From contig JBIOYV010000111.1 in NCBI GenBank assembly GCA_044870335.1, positions 61,943 through 125,942 of the forward strand: a stretch of DNA of 64,000 bases, written 5' to 3'. This document shows, piece after piece, positions 45,911-55,287 of the stretch. A program made the position numbers and the translations under genes. Position 1 is the first letter of the stretch; every line of letters starts with the position of its first letter. This DNA is from Burkholderiales bacterium. Lineage in GTDB: Bacteria; Pseudomonadota; Gammaproteobacteria; Burkholderiales; SG8-39. The notes beneath the pieces were generated by a model. That model ran no database searches and had not been told where the DNA came from. It saw only the letters and a list, made by a program, of their open reading frames with translations.

Positions 45911-45932
45911 TTCTAGCAGGGGCCTGCTAGAA
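45911..45932. promoter_or_regulatory. perfect palindrome TTCTAGCAGG-GG-CCTGCTAGAA between divergent glpK and the DUF2889 gene. Putative operator.
   Basis: Read directly. 10-bp arms, centred in a 40-bp divergent intergenic region. Confidence 0.5.
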
Positions 45933-45942
45933 TCCGCGGCCT

Positions 45943-46491
45943 ATGTCCCTGCCGGTCACCGAGGTCGAGCGCGAGCTCCTCCATACGCGCCGCGTCCGCT
46001 ACGAGGGCTACAGGCGCGCCGACGGGCTCTGGGACATCGAGGCGCACCTCACCGACATCAAGAACCACGACTACCACCTCAAGACGGGCGTGCGACGCGC
46101 CGGCCAGCCGGTCCACAGCATGTGGCTGCGCCTCACCATCGACCGCAGGCTCAACGTGGTCGACGCGGCCGCGTCTTCCGAAGCGGTGCCGTATCCGGGC
46201 GGTTGCGAGACCATCGCGCAGGCCTACCGGCAGCTCGTCGGCCTGAATCTGGTGCGGGGTTTCAGGCAGAAGGCGAACGAGCTGCTCGGCGGCGTGCGCG
46301 GCTGCACCCATCTCACCGAGATGCTCGCCGGCATGCCCACCGCCGCGATCCAGTCGTTCGCCGGCGAAATGAAGGAAGAGCAGGACGACGGCTCCAAGCC
46401 CTTCCAGCTCGACCAGTGCCACGCACTGGAGACGAGCGGGGAAACGGTGCGCATCTGGTATCCAAAATGGTATAGAGGAAAAGCTGCGTGA
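45943..46491 (+). CDS. DUF2889-like protein
   Basis: 182-aa ORF with good GC3. GTGA overlap with sucC. Confidence 0.65.
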   Translation: MSLPVTEVERELLHTRRVRYEGYRRADGLWDIEAHLTDIKNHDYHLKTGVRRAGQPVHSMWLRLTIDRRLNVVDAAASSEAVPYPGGCETIAQAYRQLVGLNLVRGFRQKANELLGGVRGCTHLTEMLAGMPTAAIQSFAGEMKEEQDDGSKPFQLDQCHALETSGETVRIWYPKWYRGKAA

Positions 46492-47651
46492 AGATCCACG
46501 AGTACCAGGGGAAGGAAATCTTCCGGAAGTACGGCGTGCCGACGCCGCGCGGCTTCCCTGCGTTCAACGTCGACGAAGCGGTCGATGCGGCGAAGAGGCT
46601 GGGCGGCGGCGTGTGGGTGGTGAAGGCGCAGATCCACGCCGGCGGCCGCGGCAAGGGCGGCGGCGTGAAGGTCGCGAAATCCATCGACGAAGTAGCAAAG
46701 CTCGCTTCCTCGATTCTCGGCATGCAGCTCAAGACCCACCAGACCGGGCCGCAGGGGCAGAAGGTGCGCAGGCTGCTGGTGGAAGAGGGCGCCGATATCA
46801 GGAAGGAGCTCTACGTCGGCATGGTGGTCGACCGCGGCTCGCAGAAGGTCGTGCTGATGGCTTCCTCCGAGGGCGGCATGGACATCGAGGAGGTGGCCGC
46901 AAGCACGCCCGAGAAGATCCGCAAGATCGCGATCGACCCGGCGCAGGGGCTCGCCGACGCCGACGCCGACGAGATCGCGCTCGGCATCGGCATCCCGCAA
47001 TCGGCCCTGGCCCAGGGACGCGCGCTGTTCAAGGCGCTCTACAAGTGCTTCTGGGAGACCGACGCCTCGCTGCTCGAAGTGAATCCCCTGATCGTGACCG
47101 GGCAGAACCAGGTCGTCGCGCTCGATTCGAAGATCAACTTCGACGACAACGCGCTCTTCCGCCATCCGGACATCGCCGCGCTGCGCGACCTCGACGAGGA
47201 GGACCCGGCCGAGGTCGCGGCCTCGAAGCACGACCTCAACTACATCCAGCTCGAAGGCGACATCGGCTGCCTGGTGAACGGCGCGGGCCTCGCCATGGCC
47301 ACAATGGACATCATCAAGTTCTACGGCGGCAGCCCGGCCAACTTCCTCGACGTCGGCGGCGGCGCCACCACCGAGAAGGTGACCGAGGCGTTCAAGATCA
47401 TGCTGAAGACGCCGGCGCTCAAGGCGATCCTGGTCAACATCTTCGGCGGCATCATGCGCTGCGACGTGATCGCGCAGGCGCTGGTCGACGCGTCGAAGGC
47501 GGTGAGCCTGCGCGTGCCGCTGGTAGTGCGGCTCGAAGGCACCAACGTGGACCTCGGCAAGCAGATCCTGGCCGATTCGAAGCTGCCGATCATTTCGGCG
47601 AAGAACATGGCCGATGCGGCGGAGAAAGTCGTGAAGGCGGCCAAGGGATGA
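46488..47651 (+). CDS. sucC: succinate--CoA ligase (ADP-forming) beta subunit
   Basis: [18 protein letters not shown]... ATP-grasp domain and ligase-CoA domain. GTG start after RBS AGAGGAAAAG. Confidence 0.93.
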   Translation: MKIHEYQGKEIFRKYGVPTPRGFPAFNVDEAVDAAKRLGGGVWVVKAQIHAGGRGKGGGVKVAKSIDEVAKLASSILGMQLKTHQTGPQGQKVRRLLVEEGADIRKELYVGMVVDRGSQKVVLMASSEGGMDIEEVAASTPEKIRKIAIDPAQGLADADADEIALGIGIPQSALAQGRALFKALYKCFWETDASLLEVNPLIVTGQNQVVALDSKINFDDNALFRHPDIAALRDLDEEDPAEVAASKHDLNYIQLEGDIGCLVNGAGLAMATMDIIKFYGGSPANFLDVGGGATTEKVTEAFKIMLKTPALKAILVNIFGGIMRCDVIAQALVDASKAVSLRVPLVVRLEGTNVDLGKQILADSKLPIISAKNMADAAEKVVKAAKG

Positions 47652-47655
47652 AGCA

Positions 47656-48534
47656 ATGAGCATCCTGATCGACAAGAACACCCGGGTGATGACGCAGGGC
47701 ATCACCGGCAAGACCGGCCAGTTCCATACGCGCATGGGCGTGCAGTACGCCAACGGCAAGAACTGCTACGTCGCGGGCGTCAACCCCAAGAAGGCGGGCG
47801 AGGACTTCGAAGGCATCCCGATTTTTGGTTCCGTAAAAGACGCGAAAAAGGCAACCGGGGCGACGGTGTCGGTGATCTACGTGCCGCCGCCCTTCGCCGC
47901 CGCGGCGATCGACGAGGCGGTCGACGCCGGGCTCGATCTCGTGATCTGCATCACCGAGGGCATTCCGGTGCGCGACATGATCCGCACCAAGGACCTCATG
48001 GCGGGGAAGCGAACGCTGCTCGTGGGCCCGAACTGCCCGGGCGTGATCACGCCCGACGAGCTCAAGATCGGCATCATGCCCGGCCATATCCACAAGAAGG
48101 GCCCGGTCGGCGTGGTGTCGCGCTCCGGCACGCTTACCTACGAGGCGGTCGGTCAGCTGCGCGAGCTCGGCCTCGGCCAGTCGAGCTGCGTCGGCATCGG
48201 CGGCGATCCCGTCAACGGGTTGAAGCACATCGACGTTCTCAGGATGTTCAACGACGACCCGCAGACCGAGGCGGTCGTCATGGTGGGCGAGATCGGCGGC
48301 AGCGACGAGGAGATCGCGGCGCGCTGGGTCAAGGACCACATGAAAAAGCCGGTGGTAGGCTTCATCGCCGGCGTCACTGCGCCGCCGGGGAAAAGAATGG
48401 GGCACGCCGGCGCGATCATTTCCGGCGGCAAGGGCACGGCGCAGGAGAAACTGGCGGTGATGGAGGAGTGCGGCATCAAGACCACGCGCAATCCCGCGGA
48501 GATGGGAAAAACACTGAAGTCCGTTCTGAGATAA
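47656..48534 (+). CDS. sucD: succinate--CoA ligase alpha subunit
   Basis: [25 protein letters not shown]... CoA-binding domain and the active-site His loop GHAGAII. Confidence 0.93.
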   Translation: MSILIDKNTRVMTQGITGKTGQFHTRMGVQYANGKNCYVAGVNPKKAGEDFEGIPIFGSVKDAKKATGATVSVIYVPPPFAAAAIDEAVDAGLDLVICITEGIPVRDMIRTKDLMAGKRTLLVGPNCPGVITPDELKIGIMPGHIHKKGPVGVVSRSGTLTYEAVGQLRELGLGQSSCVGIGGDPVNGLKHIDVLRMFNDDPQTEAVVMVGEIGGSDEEIAARWVKDHMKKPVVGFIAGVTAPPGKRMGHAGAIISGGKGTAQEKLAVMEECGIKTTRNPAEMGKTLKSVLR

Positions 48535-48700
48535 GAAGACAATTCAGACCTTAGCAAGACCTTATTCCCTGGTAGCCACGCTGCCGTACGCGGCGACGAT
48601 CTTTCTGTCGTCGTTCCTGCTGTTCCTGGTCCAGCCGATCATCGCCAAGCAGATCCTGCCGTGGTTCGGCGGCTCGGCCGGGGTCTGGACTACCTGCCTC

Positions 48701-50578
48701 GTGTTCTTCCAGAGCGTGCTGCTGGCCGGGTACGCCTACGCCGATGTCACCACGCGCCTGGGCGCGCGCCGGCAGGCTTTGCTGCACGTGGCGCTCCTCA
48801 TCTTGTCGCTCGCCTGCCTGCCGATCATCGCCTCGAGCGGCTGGAAGCCGCGCGGCGAGGAGGAGCCGATCTCGCGCATCCTGCTGCTGCTCGTCGCGAC
48901 CATCGGCCTGCCGTACTTCCTGCTTTCCACGACCACGCCGCTCCTGCAGTCCTGGTACTGGCGCCGCTGGCAGCAAAATGTGCCGTATCGCCTGTTCGCG
49001 CTTTCCAATTTCGCCTCGCTCCTCGCGCTGCTCGGCTTTCCGGTGCTGTTCGAGCCCGTGTTCGATCTCAACCAGCTCGGCTGGGGCTGGTCGATCCTCT
49101 TTGCAGCGTTTGCGCTTCTCTGCGCCGGCACGGCGTGGATGTCGATCGACGGTTTTGACGCCGTAGAAAAAGATGCGGCACCGAAGGCCGCAAACGCGGT
49201 TCCGGCAAGGGATCAACTGCTGTGGCTCGCGCTCTCGGCGATGGGCTCGGTGATGCTGCTCGCCGTCACCAACCATGTCACCCAGAACGTCTCGAGCGTG
49301 CCGTTCCTGTGGGTGCTGCCGCTCGCGCTGTACCTCATCACCTTCATCCTGGTGTTCGACCATCCGCGCTGGTACCTGCGCACGGCGCTGCTCGTCGCGC
49401 TGGTCGCGCTGCTTCCGGCGATGGCGTACTACATCCCGTCGCTCGACCTGCGCGTGGCCGCGCCGCTGTACATGGTCGGCATGTTCGTCGCGTGCATGGT
49501 GTGCCACGGCGAGCTCGCGCGCCTCAAGCCTGATCCCGCGCACCTCACGCGCTTCTATCTCATGATGTCGCTCGGCGGCGCGCTCGGCGCGGTGCTGGTC
49601 GCGGTGATCGCTCCGCTCGTGCTGCGGGGCTATTTCGAGCTCGGCGTCGCCCTCGTGCTGCTCGGCGCGCTCTTCGCCGTGCGCGTGCGCGGGGTCGCGA
49701 AGTGGGGTGTCCTCGCGGTGCTCGGCGCGACGGTCGTCCTCGTGGTGAAGGGAGGCCACGACTACACGAGCGGCATCCGGGTGATGGAACGCGATTTCTA
49801 CGGCGTGGTGCGCACCGCCGACCACTTGAGCCCGGTGCCGTACCGCTCCATGTACCACGGCGCGATCATGCACGGCGGGCAGCTTCTCGGCGATTCGTTC
49901 CGCAACACCCCCGCCGATTACTTCAGCCCCGACTCGGGCTACGGCCGGGTGTTCACGTCACTGCGCGAGATGAACCCCGGGAAGCCGCTGAACGTCGGCG
50001 TGATCGGCCTGGGCGCCGGGGTCATCGCCGCCTGGATGAAGCCCGGCGACGCGCTCACGTTCTACGAGATCAGCCCGCGCGTGGTCGACATCGCGCGGCG
50101 CGAGTTCACCTACCTCGCCGACACCCCCGCGAAGACCGAGCTGGTCATGGGCGACGGGCGCCTGTCGCTCGAGCGCGGGCCGGCGCGCGGCTACGACGTG
50201 CTCGGCATCGACGCGTTCTCGGGCGACTCGATCCCGATGCACCTGGTCACCCGCGAGGCCATGGCGCTCTACGTGAAGCACCTCAAGCCCGACGGCGTGA
50301 TCGTGTTCCAGGCCACCAACCGCTACATCGACCTGCTGCCGGTGGTGAAGCGCCTCGCCGCCGAGTTCGGCTTCGAGGCGGTCAACGTCTCCGACAGCCC
50401 GGACGCCGACGACGGGCCCGAGTACTGGTATTCCTCGACCGACCAGGTGATCGTCACCCGCAACCGCAAGCTCCTGGAATGGGGGCGCATCGCCGAGGCC
50501 GCCGAGCAGATCGAGGAGCGGAGGGATCTTCCCGTTTTCACCGATGCGCATCACAATCTGCTGCGGATCCTGAAATGA
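48701..50578 (+). CDS. fused polytopic-membrane / spermidine-synthase-like (polyamine aminopropyltransferase family) protein. True start is probably upstream (about 48542-48569) at a non-ATG/GTG/TTG codon.
   Basis: C-terminal spermidine-synthase-like domain (VIGLGAG...DAFS). N-terminal ~8 TM helices. The frame is open back to 48530 and encodes additional TM sequence (LVATLPYAATIFLSSFLLFLVQPIIAK...) with no canonical start codon. Confidence 0.8.
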   Translation: MFFQSVLLAGYAYADVTTRLGARRQALLHVALLILSLACLPIIASSGWKPRGEEEPISRILLLLVATIGLPYFLLSTTTPLLQSWYWRRWQQNVPYRLFALSNFASLLALLGFPVLFEPVFDLNQLGWGWSILFAAFALLCAGTAWMSIDGFDAVEKDAAPKAANAVPARDQLLWLALSAMGSVMLLAVTNHVTQNVSSVPFLWVLPLALYLITFILVFDHPRWYLRTALLVALVALLPAMAYYIPSLDLRVAAPLYMVGMFVACMVCHGELARLKPDPAHLTRFYLMMSLGGALGAVLVAVIAPLVLRGYFELGVALVLLGALFAVRVRGVAKWGVLAVLGATVVLVVKGGHDYTSGIRVMERDFYGVVRTADHLSPVPYRSMYHGAIMHGGQLLGDSFRNTPADYFSPDSGYGRVFTSLREMNPGKPLNVGVIGLGAGVIAAWMKPGDALTFYEISPRVVDIARREFTYLADTPAKTELVMGDGRLSLERGPARGYDVLGIDAFSGDSIPMHLVTREAMALYVKHLKPDGVIVFQATNRYIDLLPVVKRLAAEFGFEAVNVSDSPDADDGPEYWYSSTDQVIVTRNRKLLEWGRIAEAAEQIEERRDLPVFTDAHHNLLRILK

Positions 50579-51399
50579 GCGAAACCGCGAGCCTCACCCT
50601 GAAGCAGGTCGATGTCTTCACCGGCAGGCCCTTCTACGGCAACCCGGTCGCGGTGGTGCTGGGCGCCGAGGGGCTCGAGACCGAGGACATGCAGCGCATC
50701 GCCTGCTGGGTCAACCTTTCCGAGACCACGTTCCTGCTGCCTTCTTCCCAGGCGGACTACCGCCTGCGCATCTTCACGCCGCAGCACGAGCTGCCCTTCG
50801 CCGGCCATCCCACCATCGGCAGCGCCTACGCCGCGCTCGAGTCCGGCTTCGTGGAGAAGAAGAAGCTCCTGCGGCAGGAATGCACCGCCGGCATCCTCGA
50901 CCTCTCCTTCGAGGACGAGCGCATCTTCGTGCGCGGCCCGGAGCCGCGCATCACCGACGTGCGCCGCACGCTGCCGTTCGCCAAGAAGCTCCTGCGCATC
51001 GAGGTCGGCCCGATCTGGATCGTGGGCGAAGTGGCCGACGCGCAGGAGCTTGCCGCGCTCAAGCCCGACATGGGGGCGCTCGCCGCCTTCACCATCGACC
51101 ACGAGGCGACCGGCATCACCGTGTTCGCGGCCTCGGGCGAGAAGCAGACCGCGATGCACGTGCGCTCGTTTGCGCCCGCGCACGGCATTCCCGAGGATCC
51201 GGTCTGCGGCAGCGGCAACCTCGCGGTCGCGCACTATCTCAAGCAGACCAACTCTCTCAAGCGCTTCGGCGAGCGCTACATCGCCCGCCAGGGCATGCAG
51301 ATGAAGCGCGACGGCCGCGTGCACGTGCGCGTGGACGAAGACGGCGTGCGCATCGGCGGCCGCGCCGTTACCTGCATCGAGGGGACGCTCCGGATCTAG
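50575..51399 (+). CDS. PhzF-family (phenazine biosynthesis-like) isomerase
   Basis: MSETASLTLKQVDVFTGRPFYGNPVAVVL... is PhzF/DAP-epimerase-like. ATGA overlap with the upstream gene. Confidence 0.85.
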   Translation: MSETASLTLKQVDVFTGRPFYGNPVAVVLGAEGLETEDMQRIACWVNLSETTFLLPSSQADYRLRIFTPQHELPFAGHPTIGSAYAALESGFVEKKKLLRQECTAGILDLSFEDERIFVRGPEPRITDVRRTLPFAKKLLRIEVGPIWIVGEVADAQELAALKPDMGALAAFTIDHEATGITVFAASGEKQTAMHVRSFAPAHGIPEDPVCGSGNLAVAHYLKQTNSLKRFGERYIARQGMQMKRDGRVHVRVDEDGVRIGGRAVTCIEGTLRI

Positions 51400-54215
51400 G
51401 CGTCGAGGTCGCGCTCGCCGCAGTGCTGCAGGATCTCGGCGCGCGCGCGGTCGCGCAGCCGCAGCACCGCGTTCCAGTCGTCGCCGTCCGGAGCGATCGG
51501 CGCCGCGAAGGTCGCGGCGATCGGGGCGCGCCGCGGATACCAGGTCTCGTCGCGCAGGACCGAGCGCACGCCCCGCAGCGACACCGGCACCACCGGGATG
51601 CGGGCCTGCGCCGCGACCTGGAACGCCCCGGCGCGAAACGGCATCAGGCCGCTGTGGCGCATCAGCGTGCCCTCGGGGAAGACGATGAGCGAGGCGCCGT
51701 CCCTGGCGGCCCGCACCAGCGCGTCGGCGTGCTCGGCGCTGCGCTGCACGTCGAAGCGCTCGACGAACACCGCGCCCAGTCCCCTCAGCAGCACGCGGCT
51801 GAAGAAGTTGTCGGCGAGCTCGCGCTTCGCCACGAACGCGTAGCGACGCCAGGGCAGCACGGCAACCAGCACCGCGCCGTCCAGGTAGCTGGTGTGGTTG
51901 GATGCGATGACGTACGGCCCCGAGGAGGGCAGGTTCTCGAGGCCCTGCACCGCCACCGGAATGCGGCAGACGCGGAAGAAGAAGCGCAGGCAGCGCTGCG
52001 CGACGTTCCAGGTGACGCGGCCGGGGGCGACCAGCGCGGCGAGGAAGACGAGCAGCAAGGAGACGCCAATTATGAGCCACGCCGCCAGGGCGAAGAGCAC
52101 GCCCTGCGCGGCGCGCACGCCGCGCCGCAGCTGCGGGCCGACGCCGGCGAGGACGAGGCGGATGAACTGCAGCCACACCGAGCGCGACGCCGCGGAGCTC
52201 GGCCCGCGCTCGTAATACTCGCGCGCCGCGACACGGCGGATCTTGCCGCTGGAAGTCTTGGGCACGGTGTGCGGCGGCGCGAGCACGATGTCGTCGACCG
52301 GCCCGCCGATGAGCGACACCGCGAGCTCGTTGATGCGGTGGCGCAGGTCCTCGTCGAGCGCGGTGTCGCGGCTGCGCGTCTCGGCGAGCACGACCACGCG
52401 CTCGGTGCCGCTCGCCCGGTCGACGCTGCCGAATACCGCCACGCAGCCGCGCCGGATGCGCGGCAGATCGCCGATCGCCTCCTCGAGCTCGTAGGGCGTG
52501 ATGTTGCGTCCGGCCTTGATGATGACGTCCTTCTCGCGCCCGGTGATGAACACCATGCCGTGCGACATGTAGGCGCGGTCGCCGGTGTTGACCCATTCTC
52601 CGGAGAACAGGCGCTTGGTCGCCTCGGGGTTGCGGTAGTAGCCGCTCGTCGCCGACGGCCCGCGGAACTGGAGCTGGCCTTCGTTGCAATCGGGAAGCTC
52701 CAGCCCCGCGGCGTCGACCACGCGCAGGTCGTGCCCGGGAAGCACATAGCCGCAGCCGACCACCTTGAGCGGCGCGGGATCGTCCGCCCGCGCCGGCAGC
52801 GCGCGGGCGTCGCGCGAGAACACGCTCCGGTCCAGCGAATCGACGCGCCACGCCTGGCCCGGCGGCGTGAACGCGAGCCCGACCGAGCACTCGGCGAGGC
52901 CGTAGACCGGGGAAAGCACGTTGCGGCGCAGCTTCCAGCTTGCGAACCGGTCCTGGAACGCGATCATGGTCTCGGGGCTCACCGGCTCGGCGCCGTTGAA
53001 CGCGAAGCGCCACGACGAGAGGTCGACGCCGTCGAGCTCCTCGTTTTGGATGCGGCGCAGGCACAGCTCGTAGGAGAAATTCGGCCCGCCGGAAATCGTG
53101 CCGCGATGGCGATGGATCGCGCGCAGCCACTGGCTCGGCCGGGAAAGGAAGGCGAGCGGCGACATCAATACCACGGGAAAGCCGCAATACATGGTGGCGA
53201 AGCAGCCGCCGATCAGCCCCATGTCGTGGTACAGCGGCAGCCAGCTCACGAACACGTCCTCGGTGGTGGCGCGCGCCCCCTTGATCATCGCGCGCACGTT
53301 GGCGAGCAGGTTGGCGTGCGTCAGCACCACGCCCTTCGGGCTCCCGGTGCTGCCGGAGGTGTACTGAAGGAACGCGATGTGGCCGGCGCGGCCGCGCACC
53401 GGCGCGAAATCGGCCGCCTCGCCGGAGAAATCCTCGGGGACCATCACCGCGCGCAGCGACTCGACCTGCGCGCGCAGCAGCCAGGCGAGCGGCTTCGCCT
53501 CGGGGATCGTCACCATCACCGCGGCGCCGGCGCTTTTGAGCACGCTCACGTGGCGCGTCATGTGGTCCTCGATGGTGGCGAGGCGCGCCGGCGGGTAGAG
53601 CGGCACCGGGATCGCCCCGGCAAGCAGCGTCCCGTAGAAGCAGAAGAGGTATTCCCTGGACGTGGGCAGCATGATCGCCACCGTCTGCCCCGGGCCCACG
53701 CCCTGCGCGGCGAGGCGGGCGGCGTAGAGCGTCGCGCCGTGCCAGAGGTCGCGATAGGTGACGCGGTGCTCCTTCTCGCCCTCGTAGAGGAACACGGTGA
53801 GCCGATCGGGCTGGCGCTCGACGTGGTACTCGAGCGCCTCGACCAGCGTCTGCGCCTCGGCGGGTGCGCGCACGCCCTCGGCCTGCACCAGGCTCGCGAC
53901 GCTGCGCTCGGCACCGTGCGGCGCCGCGCCCGCGGCGGCGAGGAGAAAGCGCAACAGGTCGCGCGGCGTCTCGCTCGAGGCGAGCGCCTGCTCTGGCAGG
54001 CTGGTACGGAATTCGCGCTCCAGCCGCAGTACCAGCTCGACGCGCGCGAGGCTGTCGAGGCCGAGGTCGCGCTCGAGCGAGGAGTCGAGCGCGACGTACG
54101 CCTCCACGTTCGGGCGCGCCTCGCGCGCCACCGCGGCGACTACGCCGAGCACTCGGTTGGCATCGATCGCGGCAGGAAGCGGCGGTGCGGAGCCCACAGC
54201 GCGCCGAGTGTACAC
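51396..54215 (-). CDS. tri-domain acyl carrier domain - fatty acyl-AMP ligase - lysophospholipid acyltransferase (Aas-like)
   Basis: PP-binding motif LGLDSLARVEL. AMP-binding motifs (YTSGSTGSPKGV, GYGLAE-like, GDRAY). C-terminal PlsC motif (NHTSYLDG ... FPEGT) with a TM segment between domains. The start may be an internal GTG at about 54152. Confidence 0.85.
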   Translation of the reverse strand: MYTRRAVGSAPPLPAAIDANRVLGVVAAVAREARPNVEAYVALDSSLERDLGLDSLARVELVLRLEREFRTSLPEQALASSETPRDLLRFLLAAAGAAPHGAERSVASLVQAEGVRAPAEAQTLVEALEYHVERQPDRLTVFLYEGEKEHRVTYRDLWHGATLYAARLAAQGVGPGQTVAIMLPTSREYLFCFYGTLLAGAIPVPLYPPARLATIEDHMTRHVSVLKSAGAAVMVTIPEAKPLAWLLRAQVESLRAVMVPEDFSGEAADFAPVRGRAGHIAFLQYTSGSTGSPKGVVLTHANLLANVRAMIKGARATTEDVFVSWLPLYHDMGLIGGCFATMYCGFPVVLMSPLAFLSRPSQWLRAIHRHRGTISGGPNFSYELCLRRIQNEELDGVDLSSWRFAFNGAEPVSPETMIAFQDRFASWKLRRNVLSPVYGLAECSVGLAFTPPGQAWRVDSLDRSVFSRDARALPARADDPAPLKVVGCGYVLPGHDLRVVDAAGLELPDCNEGQLQFRGPSATSGYYRNPEATKRLFSGEWVNTGDRAYMSHGMVFITGREKDVIIKAGRNITPYELEEAIGDLPRIRRGCVAVFGSVDRASGTERVVVLAETRSRDTALDEDLRHRINELAVSLIGGPVDDIVLAPPHTVPKTSSGKIRRVAAREYYERGPSSAASRSVWLQFIRLVLAGVGPQLRRGVRAAQGVLFALAAWLIIGVSLLLVFLAALVAPGRVTWNVAQRCLRFFFRVCRIPVAVQGLENLPSSGPYVIASNHTSYLDGAVLVAVLPWRRYAFVAKRELADNFFSRVLLRGLGAVFVERFDVQRSAEHADALVRAARDGASLIVFPEGTLMRHSGLMPFRAGAFQVAAQARIPVVPVSLRGVRSVLRDETWYPRRAPIAATFAAPIAPDGDDWNAVLRLRDRARAEILQHCGERDLDA

Positions 54216-54224
54216 TCGTCGCGC

Positions 54225-55205
54225 TTGACGTTATTGAACGACAAACTGCTTCCCATAGCCCGGGAGGTCGAGTTTCGCAGGGGCGAGCAGCTCCTGCGGC
54301 AGGGCGAGGTGGCGCGCGGGGCGTTCGTGATCCGATCGGGGGAGGTGCACGCGCGGGTCGCGCTTCCGGGCGGCGGCATGTTGACCGTGGCCGAGCTCGG
54401 CCCGGGTGCCATGTTCGGCGAAACGGCGCTGATGGAGCGCGCCGTGTGCATGGCGAGCGTCGTGGCCAAGAGCGACGTGGCGGGCTGGTTTGTCGACCGC
54501 GACGACTTCCGGGCGGTCGCCGCCGGCCGCGACAGCGCCGCCCTCGAGATCCAGAAGGCGGTGACGCAGGTTCTGTCGGAAAAGCTGCGCGCGGCCAACG
54601 CCCGGCTGCGCGAGCATCGCGCCGCGGAGGACCGGCCGGCCGTGCGGCCGCAGGCGCACGAGCGCACCGCGCCCGCCTTCGACTGGCGGCCGTTTCTCCA
54701 GATGCTCGCGTTCTTCGACGGCTTCGACCGCCGGGAGATCGAGGAGCTCGCGCAGGGCTGCGCGGTGTTCGAGCTCGCGCGCGGAGGTGCGCTCTTCAAC
54801 GCCGGAGAATCGGCACAGGCGGCTTTTCTGGTCATCCGCGGCGCGGTCGAGATCGTCGCGCCCCAGGGCGCTTCGGAAAGGCGCGTCACCATCGCCGGGC
54901 CGGGTGAAATCGTCGGCTACCTCGCGGTGCTCGAGCGCCGGCCGCACTGGGTCTCGGCGAGGATCCGCGAGTCCGCCTGCCTCATGGAGCTCGGCGCGGC
55001 GCAGCTCCTGCGCCACTACGAGGGCACGGCCGGAACCTCGGTCAGCCTGCGCCGCGCGATCCACCGCGGCCTGCTGCAGGCGCTCGCGCGCACCAATACG
55101 CAGCTCATCCGCCTCATCAGCCATGCGCGGCTCAACGCCGAGCGCGGCCAGGCCGAGGCCCTGGAGAAGGCGCTCCACGGCCAGATCGTCTTCGGGGACA
55201 GCTAG
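54225..55205 (+). CDS. protein with two tandem cyclic-nucleotide-binding domains. Start uncertain (TTG at 54225 or 54234).
   Basis: Two cNMP folds (GAMFGETAL; FNAGESA...VIRGAV). It is the terminal part of the artefactual 1441-aa ORF 50880..55205. Confidence 0.65.
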   Translation: MTLLNDKLLPIAREVEFRRGEQLLRQGEVARGAFVIRSGEVHARVALPGGGMLTVAELGPGAMFGETALMERAVCMASVVAKSDVAGWFVDRDDFRAVAAGRDSAALEIQKAVTQVLSEKLRAANARLREHRAAEDRPAVRPQAHERTAPAFDWRPFLQMLAFFDGFDRREIEELAQGCAVFELARGGALFNAGESAQAAFLVIRGAVEIVAPQGASERRVTIAGPGEIVGYLAVLERRPHWVSARIRESACLMELGAAQLLRHYEGTAGTSVSLRRAIHRGLLQALARTNTQLIRLISHARLNAERGQAEALEKALHGQIVFGDS

Positions 55206-55208
55206 GAA

Positions 55209-55279
55209 AAATCGGGGTCAGAGCCCTATTTCCGGCACGCGTAGCTTAGGAAATAGGGCTCTGACCCCGATTTTTCTGC
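55209..55279. terminator. bidirectional rho-independent terminator: perfect 28-bp inverted repeat
   Basis: gaaaaatcggggtcagagccctatttcc / ggaaatagggctctgaccccgatttttc with a 14-nt spacer. A-tract on one side and T-tract on the other. Lies between convergent genes. Confidence 0.8.
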
Positions 55280-55287
55280 AGCGACAG

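Noticed and set aside
50880-55205. 1441-aa plus-strand ORF
   Set aside because: Antisense to the ACP-FAAL-acyltransferase gene, with Arg/Gly-rich junk translation. Only the terminal dual-cNMP-binding portion (54225-55205) looks real.
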